Shown: piece by piece, positions 26,501 through 40,395 of the stretch
Position numbering within the stretch: the stretch's first letter is position 1
How the letters are laid out: every line of letters starts with the position of its first letter
NCBI RefSeq assembly: GCF_001194135.2
Contig: NC_068998.1
Location: forward strand, 20,392,210-20,456,209
Direction of reading: 5' to 3'
DNA from: Octopus bimaculoides
Taxonomy: Eukaryota
DNA length: 64,000 bases
Position numbers and translations under genes: made by a program
Notes under the pieces: generated by a model
The model's input: only the letters and a program-made list of their open reading frames with translations
Databases searched by the model: none
Told to the model about the DNA's origin: nothing

Positions 26501-28082
26501 AAACTAGCGACCACTCCTCACTAAACTGGTGACTTTCCCATGATAGTTCATTTTTATATTGCCATTATTTTTACACTCTCATGTATTCACTATTTAGAAA
26601 TGGTTACAATTTTGGTGATTCCGAAATGGTCTTTCCTTATATCGTTACAATTTTGGTGACCTTCTGACTCAAGAATGCGAAATGCTATCTACGTTTCATT
26701 TCATTCTGATGACACCCAACTCGCTTTTCCTCATTCAGTGCACCTCGGATGTCTTTTTGAAATATAGAACGCAGACTATGCTTACTGCACCTTCGCTTCC
26801 AGATACACCACACTTACCTGTATACAACCCCAGTTTAGTCTCAACATATATTTGTTACATAAAAATCATGCAAGGATGAGCACGTAATCGTTATAATTTT
26901 GGTGACCCCATCCTTACACATAATATAGTTTCTTGGTTGTAGAGCCTAATGAAAACAAGCAAATAAATCGGTAGCAACGAAGGAAAATTCAGATAACGTA
27001 CAACTATGGGGTGTCGAAAGCAGGCAGCAGGTTTACTTCCGTTGAAATAGCCCAAAAGTGATTCCCAAACCAAGTTCTGACCGAATTACTAACAGGCGAC
27101 ACCAATACGGCAACAGTCGAAAAGAATTGCTGCATCTCCAAACTTTTAACATATATAACCAGAAGTTCTGACACCTTTAAATATGGATACATTGTGAAAG
27201 TATAAGTCAGTTTGACTGCCTGTTTAGATAAAAATTAATTTTCTCTCCCTTGTAGGTGCAATATACTCGAATGGTAAAGAGATTTGCCATCCAATCACGA
27301 GGTCGATTCTACTGCCTAGCAAGTGCAATTTACTATAGATTCGGGCCAACCAAAACCTCGCTAGTAAAACTGAGTGGATGGAATCTGCATAGAAGCCCAC
27401 CAGAGGAATTGTACTGCTAACTCAAAGGTTCGGCCTTGGTACAACTTGTCACGCTGGTTCTGATTACGGATTACATTAAAGACACATATATATTTCTGGA
27501 GAATACCCAGCTACTTATACGCTGATTAACTGAACTTTGTAATTCATTTAGTCGTACAACTGAACACTCGTTATCGGAAATTCCGACCAAACTTCGTTTG
27601 TTATTTATTTATTTTTCTCTTGATAGTATTTTGTACTGACCTGTAAGCTTTTGTCATTTTTACTTTTTATTTGTAGAACGGGCATAAGGTAACCGTTTTC
27701 AGTAAGTGGGCTGCCGTATGAGCCATGGTTGATCATCAGGTGAGCTGCATTACTAAAAAAATTAAAAGTAATTTTTCGTTGGCGTGCCATTCATAGAGTC
27801 CCGCGAGCCGCAGTTTGCCCATGCCTGTTGTAGAGGAAGAGTTGTAGTTCCAGCATGAATGCCGTCTTCAGAGATAGGCACCCGGGGACCGAAATGCCTA
27901 AGAGCCCAATGTTAATCAATACGTGCTGTACCATATTATTTAATAAGGGAAGATAGTTTTCTCACATCAGTAAAATCTACGCGATTACTGTTCTCAAGCA
28001 GTTGAAAGTCGATGGATACACTAGAATATCGAAAGGCAGACCCGTCGCCAGACTTTGGTGCCTGAGGTGCTTCAGAATATTG

Positions 28083-29657
28083 GGTGCTACTTTAGCGTGC
28101 GGTCTACCGCAGTATCCTGTCCACGCTGTGAAATTTTAGCGTGCGGTCTACCGCAATATCCTGTCTATGCTGTGAAATTACCTTTAGCGTGTGATCTACC
28201 TCTACTCTAAGAACTTTATACTACAGGATGATAAAAACAAATTGAATGATGTTGAATAATGATTTATTAATAACTTATATTTAAATTTTAATTGACGATA
28301 CGCACTTCGTACATTATTTAGGAATGCCATAAACAAATCTGCTGCATCTTTTCCTAAAAATATGGTAGTGGTGGAGGGGAACAAATTTTAATTCCAATTT
28401 TTTTAATGAAAAACTCCAAAATTGATCACCCCCGTCTCTCGCCACCCTATCGAACTGTCTAAAAGTGAAGATGAACGGCTGTTTTGTTAGTTTCCGCATG
28501 TGTAGATATATAGTGAAACAGCAAAAGGAACACGGCATGTGAAACCCTCACCATAAAACTCGATATGCTAAAAATAACAGCCAAATGTCTGGAGAAATTT
28601 TTGTGTTTGTGTACGCGAGCGTGCAACAATTTCTACAGCTTATCCGAATGAACAGAGAAAGAAGTACACAGATATATACAGGGTGTCCACAAAGTCTGGG
28701 TACATGGGGATTAACACATACCTTAAGAAATTATTATTTCTTATATTTAATTGTTTATGTTATGATTTTATTTACTCCATCTACCCAGACCTTGTGGACA
28801 CTGTATTTTACTTGTATTGTCGGTTTTGTTTTTTCGCTTTAAAGGTAAACGATTCTGATAGAAGCAATTACCTTGCAGTCAGTTCATTGGATTAATCCCA
28901 ACAAAATACAAGTTTAGTAACTAGCTCAACACCTATATTCGTGTTCTTCATTCCAAAATGCTTATTTAATCTGAAATTTTGAAAACGTGGTTTTTTGCAA
29001 ATNNNNNNNNNNNNNNNNNNNNNNNNNNNNNNNNNNNNNNNNNNNNNNNNNNNNNNNNNNNNNNNNNNNNNNNNNNNNNNNNNNNNNNNNNNNNNNNNNN
29101 NNNNNNNNNNNNNNNNNNNNNNNNNNNNNNNNNNNNNNNNNNNNNNNNNNNNNNNNNNNNNNNNNNNNNNNNNNNNNNNNNNNNNNNNNNNNNNNNNNNN
29201 AAAACATTTTCCCTACAAATTTCTTTATAATCGTAATCTATGCTGTTTGAAAGACGTTTCTGCAAAATTTCATTAAAAGTTATTCATTTTCCTGAAAATT
29301 ATGAGGGGAAAAATGGATCGTTTGAATTTTCCGACAGTCCTCTTCCCATCACTTCGGAAAAAAATTTCCCCAGAAATTTCTTTATAATCATAATTTATGC
29401 CATTTGAACGGTATTTCTATAAAATTTCTTCAATGTATATCCATTTTCCTGAAAGTTATGGGGGAAAAATCGGATCTTGTGAATTTTCCGAAAGTCCTCT
29501 TCCCACCCCCACCCACGTTCGTTTGCGCAATTTTTTTTTCATATTCATTTTCTACACAGTTTTTATACCTAGTAAGCTGGTTTTTTTTTTTCGTTAACGG
29601 GTCTTAAACTTTATATTGACAGGTAAAAAAAGGTAGACCGCACGCTAAAGTAGCACC
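28083..29657. mobile_element. Non-autonomous DNA transposon with perfect 26-bp TIRs and internal ~160-bp tandem subrepeats
   Basis: GGTGCTACTTTAGCGTGCGGTCTACC (28083-28108) is the exact reverse complement of 29632-29657. The left TIR is partly re-duplicated at ~28128 and ~28183, and internal units repeat at ~29205 and ~29365. Confidence 0.7.
28679..28803. mobile_element. Tc1/mariner-derived MITE nested in the 28083-29657 element
   Basis: TA|CAGGGTGTCCACAAAGTCTGGGTA...TACCCAGACCTTGTGGACACTG|TA. Confidence 0.8.
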
Positions 29658-32600
29658 GAATTTTGTGGGTCGGCACTAATTTTTAATAATGCTAAAGTGG
29701 AATTTCGAAATAAGTGTACCACAGTAAATATGAGGTTACGCCACTGAATAGTGAGGGGACAGTGCCGTCCAGTGCACCCCACTCAGCGACGTGCATGTAT
29801 GTCCAAAGGACCGACTTCTATGATATATGGGTTGTTTTAGTTAATATTTCTCTGATATCATTAAAATGGTCCAACTTCGTGTATAGTATCGTGTATAACA
29901 GAGGTAAATATACTGACATCTCGCTTCGACACATTTACATCAGTTAAATATTTCTATTCATAATTTTCAATCTTTTGTTTTATTTTCCATTTCGTGAATT
30001 GTTTCACCTCATTGTTTAAGTGAGAAATCGAATTTCATATATCGTTTTTATAATATAAAAAAAATGTTGAAAGTTTTTTATGAATTTATTTGGAGGTTAA
30101 TGTTTGCTTTTAACCACTTGTTTTATAAAGTTTCATTTGTAATTAAAAATCTAAATAAACAGTAAAGATTGTATTCCACGTGGTCAAGGTAAGAACGGGA
30201 GGTAACTCTCCCAAACAATTTAGGAATTCTGATCTATCTACCGTAGACAGGAGTGCGATGAATATTACTTTGGCTATTATTTAAATGATCTTTATAACAT
30301 GTTTTAGAAATTTTAATTCAGCATCGAGACTTTGATATAGATGGATGTCAATATGTTATTTCCAGTGTATATGAAAACAAAACGAAACCAAAAAGAAATA
30401 ACAATAAGGAACCACGCCGGCTGAGGTTGAGTATTTTGCTTTCTATGAATTATGTTACGATATTTTTTTAATATCCAAAGTTTGCGTAAGATGTATTTTA
30501 AAAAATAAATCACTTCTTGAATATATATTCCATTTGTGTTACGCAAGAGAAAAGATAGAAATATAATTTTATAGTGTGAAAATTACATATGAAAAAACAA
30601 AAAGTCAGTAAATATATATTAGTCACAGTTTTGATTGTAGGTAAGATGATGTAAGCTAATTACCTGGTGTTTTAAAATGTTGTGTACCTCTGGTAGGATG
30701 TTACAAATACTATATGAATGCAGGGAAAATAAAAATTCTTATGATGCTGTTTCATTTAGGAAACAGTTGTAGTTCAGGAGGTAAATAGTCACACGTGCAG
30801 TCACATGTACATCGTTATCGTTGACTAACGATAAAAATATAACACCTATGATGAGACTTTTGAGAGAAAGAAGAGCGTGGAAATGATATAATGTCAATGT
30901 TTTCTATGTACGATATGTAGATGATCAAACAGCTGATATTTAAAAAAGAAATGCATAAAGGAACGATAGCAGAAATGAATGTTTTTTTTTTTGTGTGTGT
31001 ACATTCGCAGCTCTTGTGCGATGTGGAGGTTTTATAATAATATTTTATTCGGAATTTCGGAAAATAGATGAATATCACCGCACCCATTGTTGTCTTTCAC
31101 TTTATTCAGAAGCCTCAAATCCTTTGTTATTATAAAACTCATCCGAATAAATCACGCATAAGTTTTATTTAAATCGCTTTATATTTTACAGTCGATAATC
31201 TTCGATCGACATAAGTTTTAACCAAATCCAGATATTAGTTCGGTCGGTATGATTTCTATTTCTCTCTCATTCTTTCTATATACTTGAAGGACATCAGCGA
31301 AGAACACGTTATCTTTTTCGTTAACAACTTCTCGAGCTTAATTCATTTTGATCCAACATTTTATACAAATATATAAAAACTGTATTTCTCGTCAATTTTC
31401 TTGAAAGCTGTAACTGCTTGTCTAATTTCTCAGCTTAGGACATTTTAATACTAAGTGATACGCTTCTTTATAGCATCGTAAACACATCTACAAAGATAAA
31501 CTAAGCCATATCACATTAAATAATTCATAATATTCTTCTGTAAATATATTTCGTTTATCTTATGAAATGTGTTGTATCAGGTATGTGTATATATGCATTG
31601 TTTTCGCTTCTTGTTCATATCTGAGGATAATCCTTTTTTTTTTTTTTAGACTTATCAGTAGCGCAGAATTTTACTTTTTCAAGAAAGATTTCTAACAAAG
31701 TTGGTTATCTCTCTCTCATTAAAGTTTATTAAGACAGAAGTTCTAACTCCTTGTCAATTATACTGTCACTACAATACTATAAAAATAATCATGTAAGATT
31801 ATCACTAAATCTTGCTCACTTATGGGTATGTGGTAAGAAGTTTGCTTCCCAATCACATGGTTCCGAGTATAGCCTCCACTGCGTGGCACCTTGGGCAACT
31901 GTTTTCTACTATAGGCCCAGATAATCGAAGCTTTGTGAGTTGATTTGATAGACGAAAACTGAAAGAAGCCCGTCGTATATGTATGTATATCGTAACCCTA
32001 ACCCTAAACACCGGGTGTGCGTATTCTTTACTTTCGCCTATATATATATATATATATATNNNNNNNNNNNNNNNNNNNNNNNNNNNNNNNNNNNNNNNNN
32101 NNNNNNNNNNNNNNNNNNNNNNNNNNNNNNNNNNNNNNNNNNNNNNNNNNNNNNNNNNNNNNNNNNNNNNNNNNNNNNNNNNNNNNNNNNNNNNNNNNNN
32201 NNNNNNNNNNNNNNNNNNNNNNNNNNNNNNNNNNNNNNNNNNNNNNNNNNNNNNNNNNNNNNNNNNNNNNNNNNNNNNNNNNNNNNNNNNNNNNNNNNNN
32301 NNNNNNNNNNNNNNNNNNNNNNNNNNNNNNNNNNNNNNNNNNATATATATATATATATATATACATATATACGACGGGCTTCTCTCAGTTTCCGTCTACC
32401 AAATCCACTCACAAGGCTTTGGTTGGCCCGAGGCTATAGTAGAAGACAAGGTGCCACGCAGTGGGAATGAACCCGGAACCATGTGGTTGATAAGCAAGCT
32501 ACTTACCACACAGCCACTCATATATATATATATGCAGCCACACGTGCTTTTCTTGGACTATTTTTTCCTTCTCTCGGGCCCTTCCTTCTTTCTGATGAAA

Positions 32601-32842
32601 GAGCCATGACGAACGAGCCCCTCTTTTTTCATCTTAAACTGAGTGTCAACCTGATATACAAGGGTTGGAGAAAATAATGGAAAAACCTAGCATCATAGCA
32701 TCATAATTTTGAAATATCTATAAAAACCATCAAAAGCTTGTTTATTTTTGTTTTTTGATTTATTATTAGTGTTGCTTAATATGTTTTGCTAAAATTGCAG
32801 TTTCTTGTCATCATCAGAAAAAGGTAATTAAAGTTCATTAAA

Positions 32843-33694
32843 ATGACAGATCTACTGGACTTTCAAAGAGCTCAACTTGTCTGTGCTTGGTGCTCGTATG
32901 GCTGGCGCTTGCATAACAGAAACAGCCGCAATGTTTGTATCAAGAAGTACTGTCTTGAAAGTAATGACAGCCTTTGAGAAAGAGGGAAAAACCTAATTGC
33001 AACAAAACTCTGGAAGAAAACCAAAACTTTCACATAGGGACTGTTGGTCTCCTATGCAAGTTGTTAGAAAGGATCACAAAAGTACAGCTCCTAAAATTAC
33101 TGCAGTGCTTAATGACCATCTTGAGAACCCAGTTTCTGCAAAAACTGTTCACATGGAGCTGCACAAAGCCGAATTTCATAGGAGGGCTGCAATCAGAAAA
33201 CTACTACTTTCAAAAACAAATGTTGCAAAGCATTTAGAGTGAAATAAAAACCTACAGAATTGGTACCTAGAGCAGTGGAAGAATGTTATTTTCTCAGACG
33301 AGTAATCTTTTACCTTATTTCCGACCACCGGCCAAGTATACGTGTTGAGACAGCTAAAAGAAGCATTTGACTCAGACTGCCTTCTTCCAACTGTTAAACA
33401 TGGAGGAGGATCTGTGATGATCTGGGAGGCTATATCTTGGAAATCTGCTGGCCCAATGGTTTCCATTCATGGCAGAATTCATGGTCAAGACTATTTAAAA
33501 GCATCATATCTGATCAAATTCATCCTACGGTTGTGGAACTGTTTCCGGAGGGAAACGCAATCTTTCAGGATGATAATGCACCAATTCACACAGCTAAAGT
33601 TGTTATTGAATGGCACAAGGAAGATTCTTGTGAAGTTGAACATCTTATCTGGCTACCACAGTCCCCAGATCTTAATATTATTGAACATTTATGG
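32843..33694 (+). pseudogene. Tc1-like transposase pseudogene with DD36E spacing, 3'-truncated
   Basis: GRKPKLS paired-like region, WKNVIFSDE, PTVKHGGGSVMIW, FQDDNAPIH and WLPQSPDLNIIEHLW. Contains in-frame stops and frameshifts. I count 36 residues between the second D and the E. Confidence 0.92.
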
Positions 33695-34719
33695 TGTGTA
33701 TATATATATATATATATGATAATAATAATATTAAGGATAAAAATCCAAATTTACAGGTAAAAACTCAATTTAATAAGTGCATTTACTTATTAATTTTTTC
33801 TGTATGTGACTGTGGATTTTCATGGATGAGTTCATGAACTTTGGTTCTTTTCTCTAAAATTATATATTTATATATTTATTTATANNNNNNNNNNNNNNNN
33901 NNNNNNNNNNNNNNNNNNNNNNNNNNNNNNNNNNNNNNNNNNNNNNNNNNNNNNNNNNNNNNNNNNNNNNNNNNNNNNNNNNNNNNNNNNNNNNNNNNNN
34001 NNNNNNNNNNNNNNNNNNNNNNNNNNNNNNNNNNNNNNNNNNNNNNNNNNNNNNNNNNNNNNNNNNNNNNNNNNNNNNNNNNNNNNNNNNNNNNNNNNNN
34101 NNNNNNNNNNNNNNNNNNNNNNNNNNNNNNNNNNNNNNNNNNNNNNNNNNNNNNNNNNNNNNNNNNNNNNNNNNNNNNNNNNNNNNNNNNNNNNNNNNNN
34201 NNNNNNNNNNNNNNNNNNNNNNNNNNNNNNNNNNNNNNNNNNNNNNNNNNNNNNNNNNNNNNNNNNNNNNNNNNNNNNNNNNNNNNNNNNNNNNNNNNNN
34301 NNNNNNNNNNNNNNNNNNNNNNNNNNNNNNNNNNNNNNNNNNNNNNNNNNNNNNNNNNNNNNNNNNNNNNNNNNNNNNNNNNNNNNNNNNNNNNNNNNNN
34401 NNNNNNNNNNNNNNNNNNNNNNNNNNNNNATATTCAACAACACGGATCCATTTCATTAAACTAACGAACTCGTGTCATAACACAATTTCCTGTTGCTGTT
34501 GGAATTACAAACGTGTTAAGACTTTGAGAAAAATTGACATTTCTTGTTGAAATTTTCTACAAAATCGCGTCAGATGGTATTGATTCCTATTATATTGGAC
34601 TGTGTTGTGAAAATTCTTTTTTTGGGACAGCAGTAGGGAGTTTTGGATAGTTTGCAAGAATTGGCTTCGTTTCCTCCTAATTTTCAGAAAAATGGTTACT
34701 TTAAAAAAATTTTTTTTTT

Positions 34720-35090
34720 ACTTGTTTCAGTCATTTGACTGTGGCCATGCTGGAGTACCACCTTGAGGGGTATCAGTTAAACAAATCGACTACAGGACTT
34801 ATTTTTAAAGCCTAGTACTTATTCTATCAGTATCTTTTGCTGAATTGCTAAGTTACAGGGATGCAGACACACCAGCACTGGTTGCCAAACGATGTAGGGG
34901 GACAAAGACACACACACACACACATACATATATATGACAGGCTTCTTCCAGTTTCCGTCTACCAAATCCATTCACAAGGCTTTGTTTGGCCTAAGGCTAT
35001 AGTAGAAGACACTTGCCCAGGGTACCACACAGTGGGCTTGAACCTGGAACCATGTGGTTGGGATGCAAGCTTCTTACTACACAACCACAC
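34720..35090 (-). mobile_element. SINE family A
   Basis: Same body as 4037-4417. Confidence 0.75.
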
Positions 35091-36150
35091 CTTATATGAA
35101 ATTTTCTACAAATATCTTTCAAATTGTGTAGATTACGGTTAGATCAGAATTTAATACAAAAAAAGAAAAAAAAGAAAAATAAAACAATTGTTGGACACGC
35201 ACACAGGTGTACTGACACATTGCAGTTGTTTTCAAAATTTCAAATTTCATTTTGTAGATATATGTGACGTGTGACAGTATGTTATATGTGTGAACCCACC
35301 AATGTCTTTCTCATTTTAAATTCTGCTGTGCACAATCTGAAAGGTATTTTGTAGAATATATAATTTAAAAAAAGAAAAATAGTCATTTTTCTGAAAGTAA
35401 TGAGGAAATAAAGTCGACTCATGGGAATTTTCTGAGACTCCTTTCCTCACCATCTCAAAGGTATTTGTGGAAAATTTCATAATAAAAATAGTCATTTTCT
35501 GAAAGTTTTGAGGAAACAGTCAGAAGTAGTACAACTGTGTAGGTATGCTTATATATATAAAGTCATAAATGACAGAGAAATAGTTTAATGAAATTCTATT
35601 TAAATAAAATTTCATCAAACTATTTCTGTCATACATGACTTCAGACATTCCTTATCGTTTTCTCTTGCATCATACTATATAGTTTATACATTTTGTAGAA
35701 TGATACATTAAGGAGCTTTTTTTTATGAGTACTACTGGATTACTGGAATCCATATATTGTGACACACATATATATGTGGTCTGATCAATAAGCATCTAGA
35801 TTGTTTCTATAGTAATGAAGTTTAAGCATGCAAAGTAAAGCCGCTTGGCACAGAGTGACCTTAAATTCTGCTGTGTATGTGCACTAAGTTTTAACACTCT
35901 AGCTCACTTCCGCTGTTTGAAGGCGGTGCTCCAGCATGGCCGCAGTCCAATGACTGAAACAGATAAAAGATAAATGATTTATGTTTATATATGTTTACAT
36001 ATCTATGTATGTTTATATATCTATATATGTTTATATACCTATATATATTTAAATATATATGTTTATGTATATGTATGTTTATATATATGTATGTTTATAT
36101 ATGTATGCTTATATATATATATATATATATATACATATCTATATATATAG

Positions 36151-36487
36151 GTGTAGGAGTGGCTGTGTGGTAAGTAGCTTGCTTACAAACCACATGGTTC
36201 TGGGTTCAGTCCCACTGTGTGACACCTTGGGTAAGTGTCTTCTACTATAACCTCACGCCAACCAAAGCCTTGTAAGTGGATTTGGTACATGGAAACTGAA
36301 AGAAGCCCGTCGTATATATTTGTGTGTCTGTTTGTCCTCCCAACATCGCTTGACAACCGATGGTGGTGTGTTTATGTCCCTGTAACTTAGCGGTTCGGCA
36401 AAAGAGACCAATAAAATAAGTACTAGGCTTACAAAGAATAAGTCCTGGGGTTGATTTGCTCGACTAAAGGTGGTGCTCCAGCATGGC
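36151..36487 (+). mobile_element. SINE family A
   Basis: GTAGGAGTGGCTGTGTGGTAAG head, B-box GGTTCAGTCCC and conserved body. Confidence 0.8.
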
Positions 36488-37339
36488 CATATACGTTTAT
36501 CTAGTATATATAAATTAAAGTGTGTGTGTATAATGACTAATGCATACATTTCCACAATCTGAAACTGATTTTCTCAATACTTTACACACACACATCACTT
36601 ATGGCCCTGCACTGTCACATTTTGCCCAGATCTCCCACGTAATTGGATGTAAATGGGTCTTCCTACTTTTTATAAAAGTGAAAGAATTTTGTCTTTATAT
36701 TTATTTCGACTGTTCACCTGCATAGTGACCCAGTCAGGAAACAGGATTTGGAAGCTGTCAGTTTGTTTTCATGTAAAGAAATGTTTATGTTAATTTAAAA
36801 GAATTATGCAAAAAATCTTATTTATCTCTTATTTTTAGCACATCACATTATGTCTCTGGTAATTTTCTTTCATGTAAATAAATGTTTATGTTAATTTAAA
36901 AGATTTATTCAGATTCATTGTATGTACATAGTTTTTTTGTATATAGGGTATCCATACTTTTTTAATCCACATGGTCATATATTGGCATTAGAGAATAAAG
37001 GATTACTTTGTCAGTTTCGACGACGAGGGTCCCAGCTGATACTATCAACAGAACAGCTTGCTTGTGAAATTAATGTGCAAGTGGCTGAGCACTCCACAGA
37101 TACGTGTATCCTTAATGTAATTCTCAGGGAGATTCAGCATGACACAGAGTGTGACAAGGCTGGCCCTTTAAGATACAGGTACTACCCATTCTTGCTAGCT
37201 GAGTTGACTGGAGCAACATGAAATAAAGTGTCTTGCTCAAGGACACAACACGTCATTGAGAACTCACAACCTTACGATCGTGAGCTGAATGCCCTAACCA
37301 CTAAGCCACATGCCTTCATGAATATTCTTTTATTCCTTT

Positions 37340-37856
37340 ATTTGTTTGTCATTTGACTGCTGCCATGCTGGAGCACTACCTTAAGTCGAAGCAAATCGAC
37401 CCCAGGACTTTTATAAGCCTAGTACTTATTCTATCAGTCCGTTTTGCCGAACCACTAAGTTACGGCGACGTAAACACGCACATTTGACTGTGGCCATGCT
37501 GGAGCAGCGCCCTAAGTCGAAGCAAATCAACCCCAGGACTTTTGTAAGCCTGGTACTTATTCTATCAGTCTCTTTTGCCGAACCACTAAATTACGGGGAT
37601 ATAAACACAACAGCATCGGTTGTCAAGCGATGTTGGGAGCACAAACGCAGATACACGACATATATGTACATACATACATACACACACACACACATATATA
37701 TATATATGACGGGCTTCTTTCAGTTTCCGACTACCAAATCCACTCACAAGGCTTTGGGCAGCCCGTGGCTATAGTAGAAGACACTTGCCCAAGGTGCCAT
37801 GCAGTGGGATTGAACACGGAACCATGTGGTTGGTAAGCAAGCTACTTACCACACAC
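37340..37856 (-). mobile_element. SINE family A with an internal ~135-bp tandem duplication
   Basis: CATTTGACTG...GCCATGCTGGAGCA...TAAGTCGAAGCAAATC...GAACCACTAA occurs twice (from ~37351 and ~37481). Confidence 0.75.
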
Positions 37857-37887
37857 CCTACTTTGTATATATTTTTTAATATGTGTA

Positions 37888-38794
37888 CTAGCAGAAATAC
37901 CTGGTGTTGCTCAGGTTAAAGAGAATAATGAAATTTAAAAATGCCATCTAGATTGTGCAGCTCTCAACTGCTAGTAGGTGAGATACCAACTTTCTATCTT
38001 AATAACTTTCCAACCCATGCCAGCATGGAACATAGACATTAAGTGAAATGTTAAAAGAAAGTTTTCAACTGATATTTGTATATAAAGTAAATACACATAA
38101 TTCAAAAACACATTTTGTCTAGCTTATTTCATAACCAGAAAATAGGTTCAGATTATAAACAATGAAAGGCCGATTTTGGTGATTCATTTGATAATGGTAG
38201 TAGAGAACCAATCTAATGATAAACCTAACCTTGGATCTTGAAAGTTTGCATGACTCCCAGCTCAGTTAAATCTCTTGTGGTTCCAAATGATGTCATCTGT
38301 AGTGCAGTGTTGTATTGTCTAAATTTATTTTGGAAGTGCTTGGAATCTTGGTCAGTTGATGACAACAGTTTCTTCAATGACTCTGGAGGTTGAGGGATTG
38401 CAGGGAGTTTAACCTTTCCACCACTGCAGCACAGTGCAGGTGTCTCTCAAGGCTACTTCCTTGCTTTACAATGTATGCACTCAGTTGTCATTGCACCAAT
38501 GGAAACACTAATGTCATCTGCATATGAATTACTGGATCATAATTGAAAGCTGCTTCATAGAAGTTACTTCTCTGAGCTGTTGCAACTGCTCTTTGTTCTG
38601 CAGTGGAGATCCTATTCCTTGTCAGCCGTGCATACCTCTGTTCATCACTTTGAGATACTCTGGCTTTTGTAGTGCACAGTCTGTTCGTTTCTTGGTATGC
38701 TTCCCTTTCTGCAGCTGTCTCTCTTTCCCTGGGCAGACATTCTTTTCGCTGACCTTGATATTGTAGACAAATTTGACACTTTCCTTCTAGGCAT
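37888..38794 (-). mobile_element. Internally deleted Helitron: N-terminal RepHel relic plus canonical 3' terminus
   Basis: MPRRKVSNLSTISR...YEAAFNYDP/SIGAMTTECIHCKARK*P*ETPALCCSGGKVKLP...KHFQNKFRQYNTALQMTSFG...FKIQG*VYH*IGSL. On the same strand, hairpin CCTG-AGCAACAC-CAGG is followed 8 nt later by CTAG|T at 37888. Confidence 0.88.
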
Positions 38795-39923
38795 GGTTAT
38801 TTACGTATACAGAAATATACAGGTGTAGAAGACAGTAAACAATGAAAATAACTGGGTAACAGAAATTATATTTCTTAGTATGATGGGCAGAAACTAAATA
38901 AGAAATTTTTACAGAAAATAAAGAATTGTACGGGTTTAGGCAAAATTTGTCAGTGAACCAAAGAGCCAGTATCGAAGGGACCAGAGAAAAGCTGTTAACA
39001 ACAGGAAAACACAAAACCGTTGCAAAAGTAAATAAATGTTGGTGGGAATTAACTAAGTGTATGGATTTAAGTGAAATTTTTGCAGTTACTTCTGTCAGTA
39101 AATTATGTATGAAATTACTTTCATCAGTAATTGTGAACTTATTTCTGTCAGTAATTTGTCATTGTTTGTAAATAGCAATTGAAAACTTTCAGTGAAAACA
39201 ATAGCAATTGAACTTAAAGAGAAAACAATAGTATCTGAAAAATGAAAGTGAAAACAAGAGAGAGTGAGTGAGGTATATATATATATATATNNNNNNNNNN
39301 NNNNNNNNNNNNNNNNNNNNNNNNNNNNNNNNNNNNNNNNNNNNNNNNNNNNNNNNNNNNNNNNNNNNNNNNNNNNNNNNNNNNNNNNNNNNNNNNNNNN
39401 NNNNNNNNNNNNNNNNNNNNNNNNNNNNNNNNNNNNNNNNNNNNNNNNNNNNNNNNNNNNNNNNNNNNNNNNNNNNNNNNNNNNNNNNNNNNNNNNNNNN
39501 NNNNNNNNNNNNNNNNNNNNNNNNNNNNNNNNNNNNNNNNNNNNNNNNNNNNNNNNNNNNNNNNNNNNNNNNNNNNNNNNNNNNNNNNNNNNNNNNNNNN
39601 NNNNNNNNNNNNNNNNNNNNNNNNNNNNNNNNNNNNNNNNNNNNNNNNNNNNNNNNNNNNNNNNNNNNNNNNNNNNNNNNNNNNNNNNNNNNNNNNNNNN
39701 NNNNNNNNNNNNNNNNNNNNNNNNNNNNNNNNNNNNNNNNNNNNNNNNNNNNNNNNNNNNNNNNNNNNGTTTTAATCTTTTACACACACACACAACAAAA
39801 CAGATGTATCTACATATATATATATATATATACATATATACACATTTGCAAAATGTAACCACATGTGAATTGTTGGCAATTTTCTTCCTCCATCTTCCCT
39901 TCTATTAGACTTTCCTCTCTTTT

Positions 39924-39950
39924 CAAAGAAGAGCATCTGCTCGAAATATT
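39924..39950 (+). other. Degenerate minimal hammerhead-like motif in a dispersed repeat
   Basis: CAAAGAAGAGC-ATCT-GCTC-GAAA retains stem II and GAAA but the CUGAUGA core is mutated. Homologous to 59254-59280. Confidence 0.35.
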
Positions 39951-40047
39951 AAGCCATCTTTCTTTCCTTTCCTGAGCGACTGCTAATACATTGCGTGCAC
40001 CACGTCCTCGTGTTGTTGGTTTTTTTGTGTTTGTTCTTTTTGGGATT

Positions 40048-40083
<36 letters not shown>

Positions 40084-40223
40084 TTTATGATAATAATTCT
40101 TAGCTACTATGTTTTCATTTCTTTAGCCCAAATAGTTCCTGCTACCTACCCTCTCTTTGTATTTATTTTATAATTCTCTAATTTTCTTTCATTTCAGCTG
40201 GAAATAAATCTGCTGCTGTGATC

Positions 40224-40395
40224 ATGGTTGACATCGTAGCATTAGCAGTTGTAGTTGTGGCATATGCTTTTGTCTTTGTTACAGGTCTTTTGTTAGTGAA
40301 ATTCACTCGACGCCACCAAGAATGTACGCAACTGGAGTTCGAGTTAGTTGCTGGAAGAAACCTGTCTGTTTTCCTTGGAATTTCTACTATGACAG
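40224..40395 (+). CDS. SLC5A7: High-affinity choline transporter-like (SLC5/SSS family), coding exon 1
   Basis: MVDIVALAVVVVAYAFVFVTGLLLVKFTRRHQECTQLEFELVAGRNLSVFLGISTMT aligns with CHT1 'VGGRDIGLLVGGFTMT'. Acceptor ttcag at 40197 precedes a short UTR; donor G|gtgtgt. Divergent paralogue, orthology uncertain. Confidence 0.88.
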
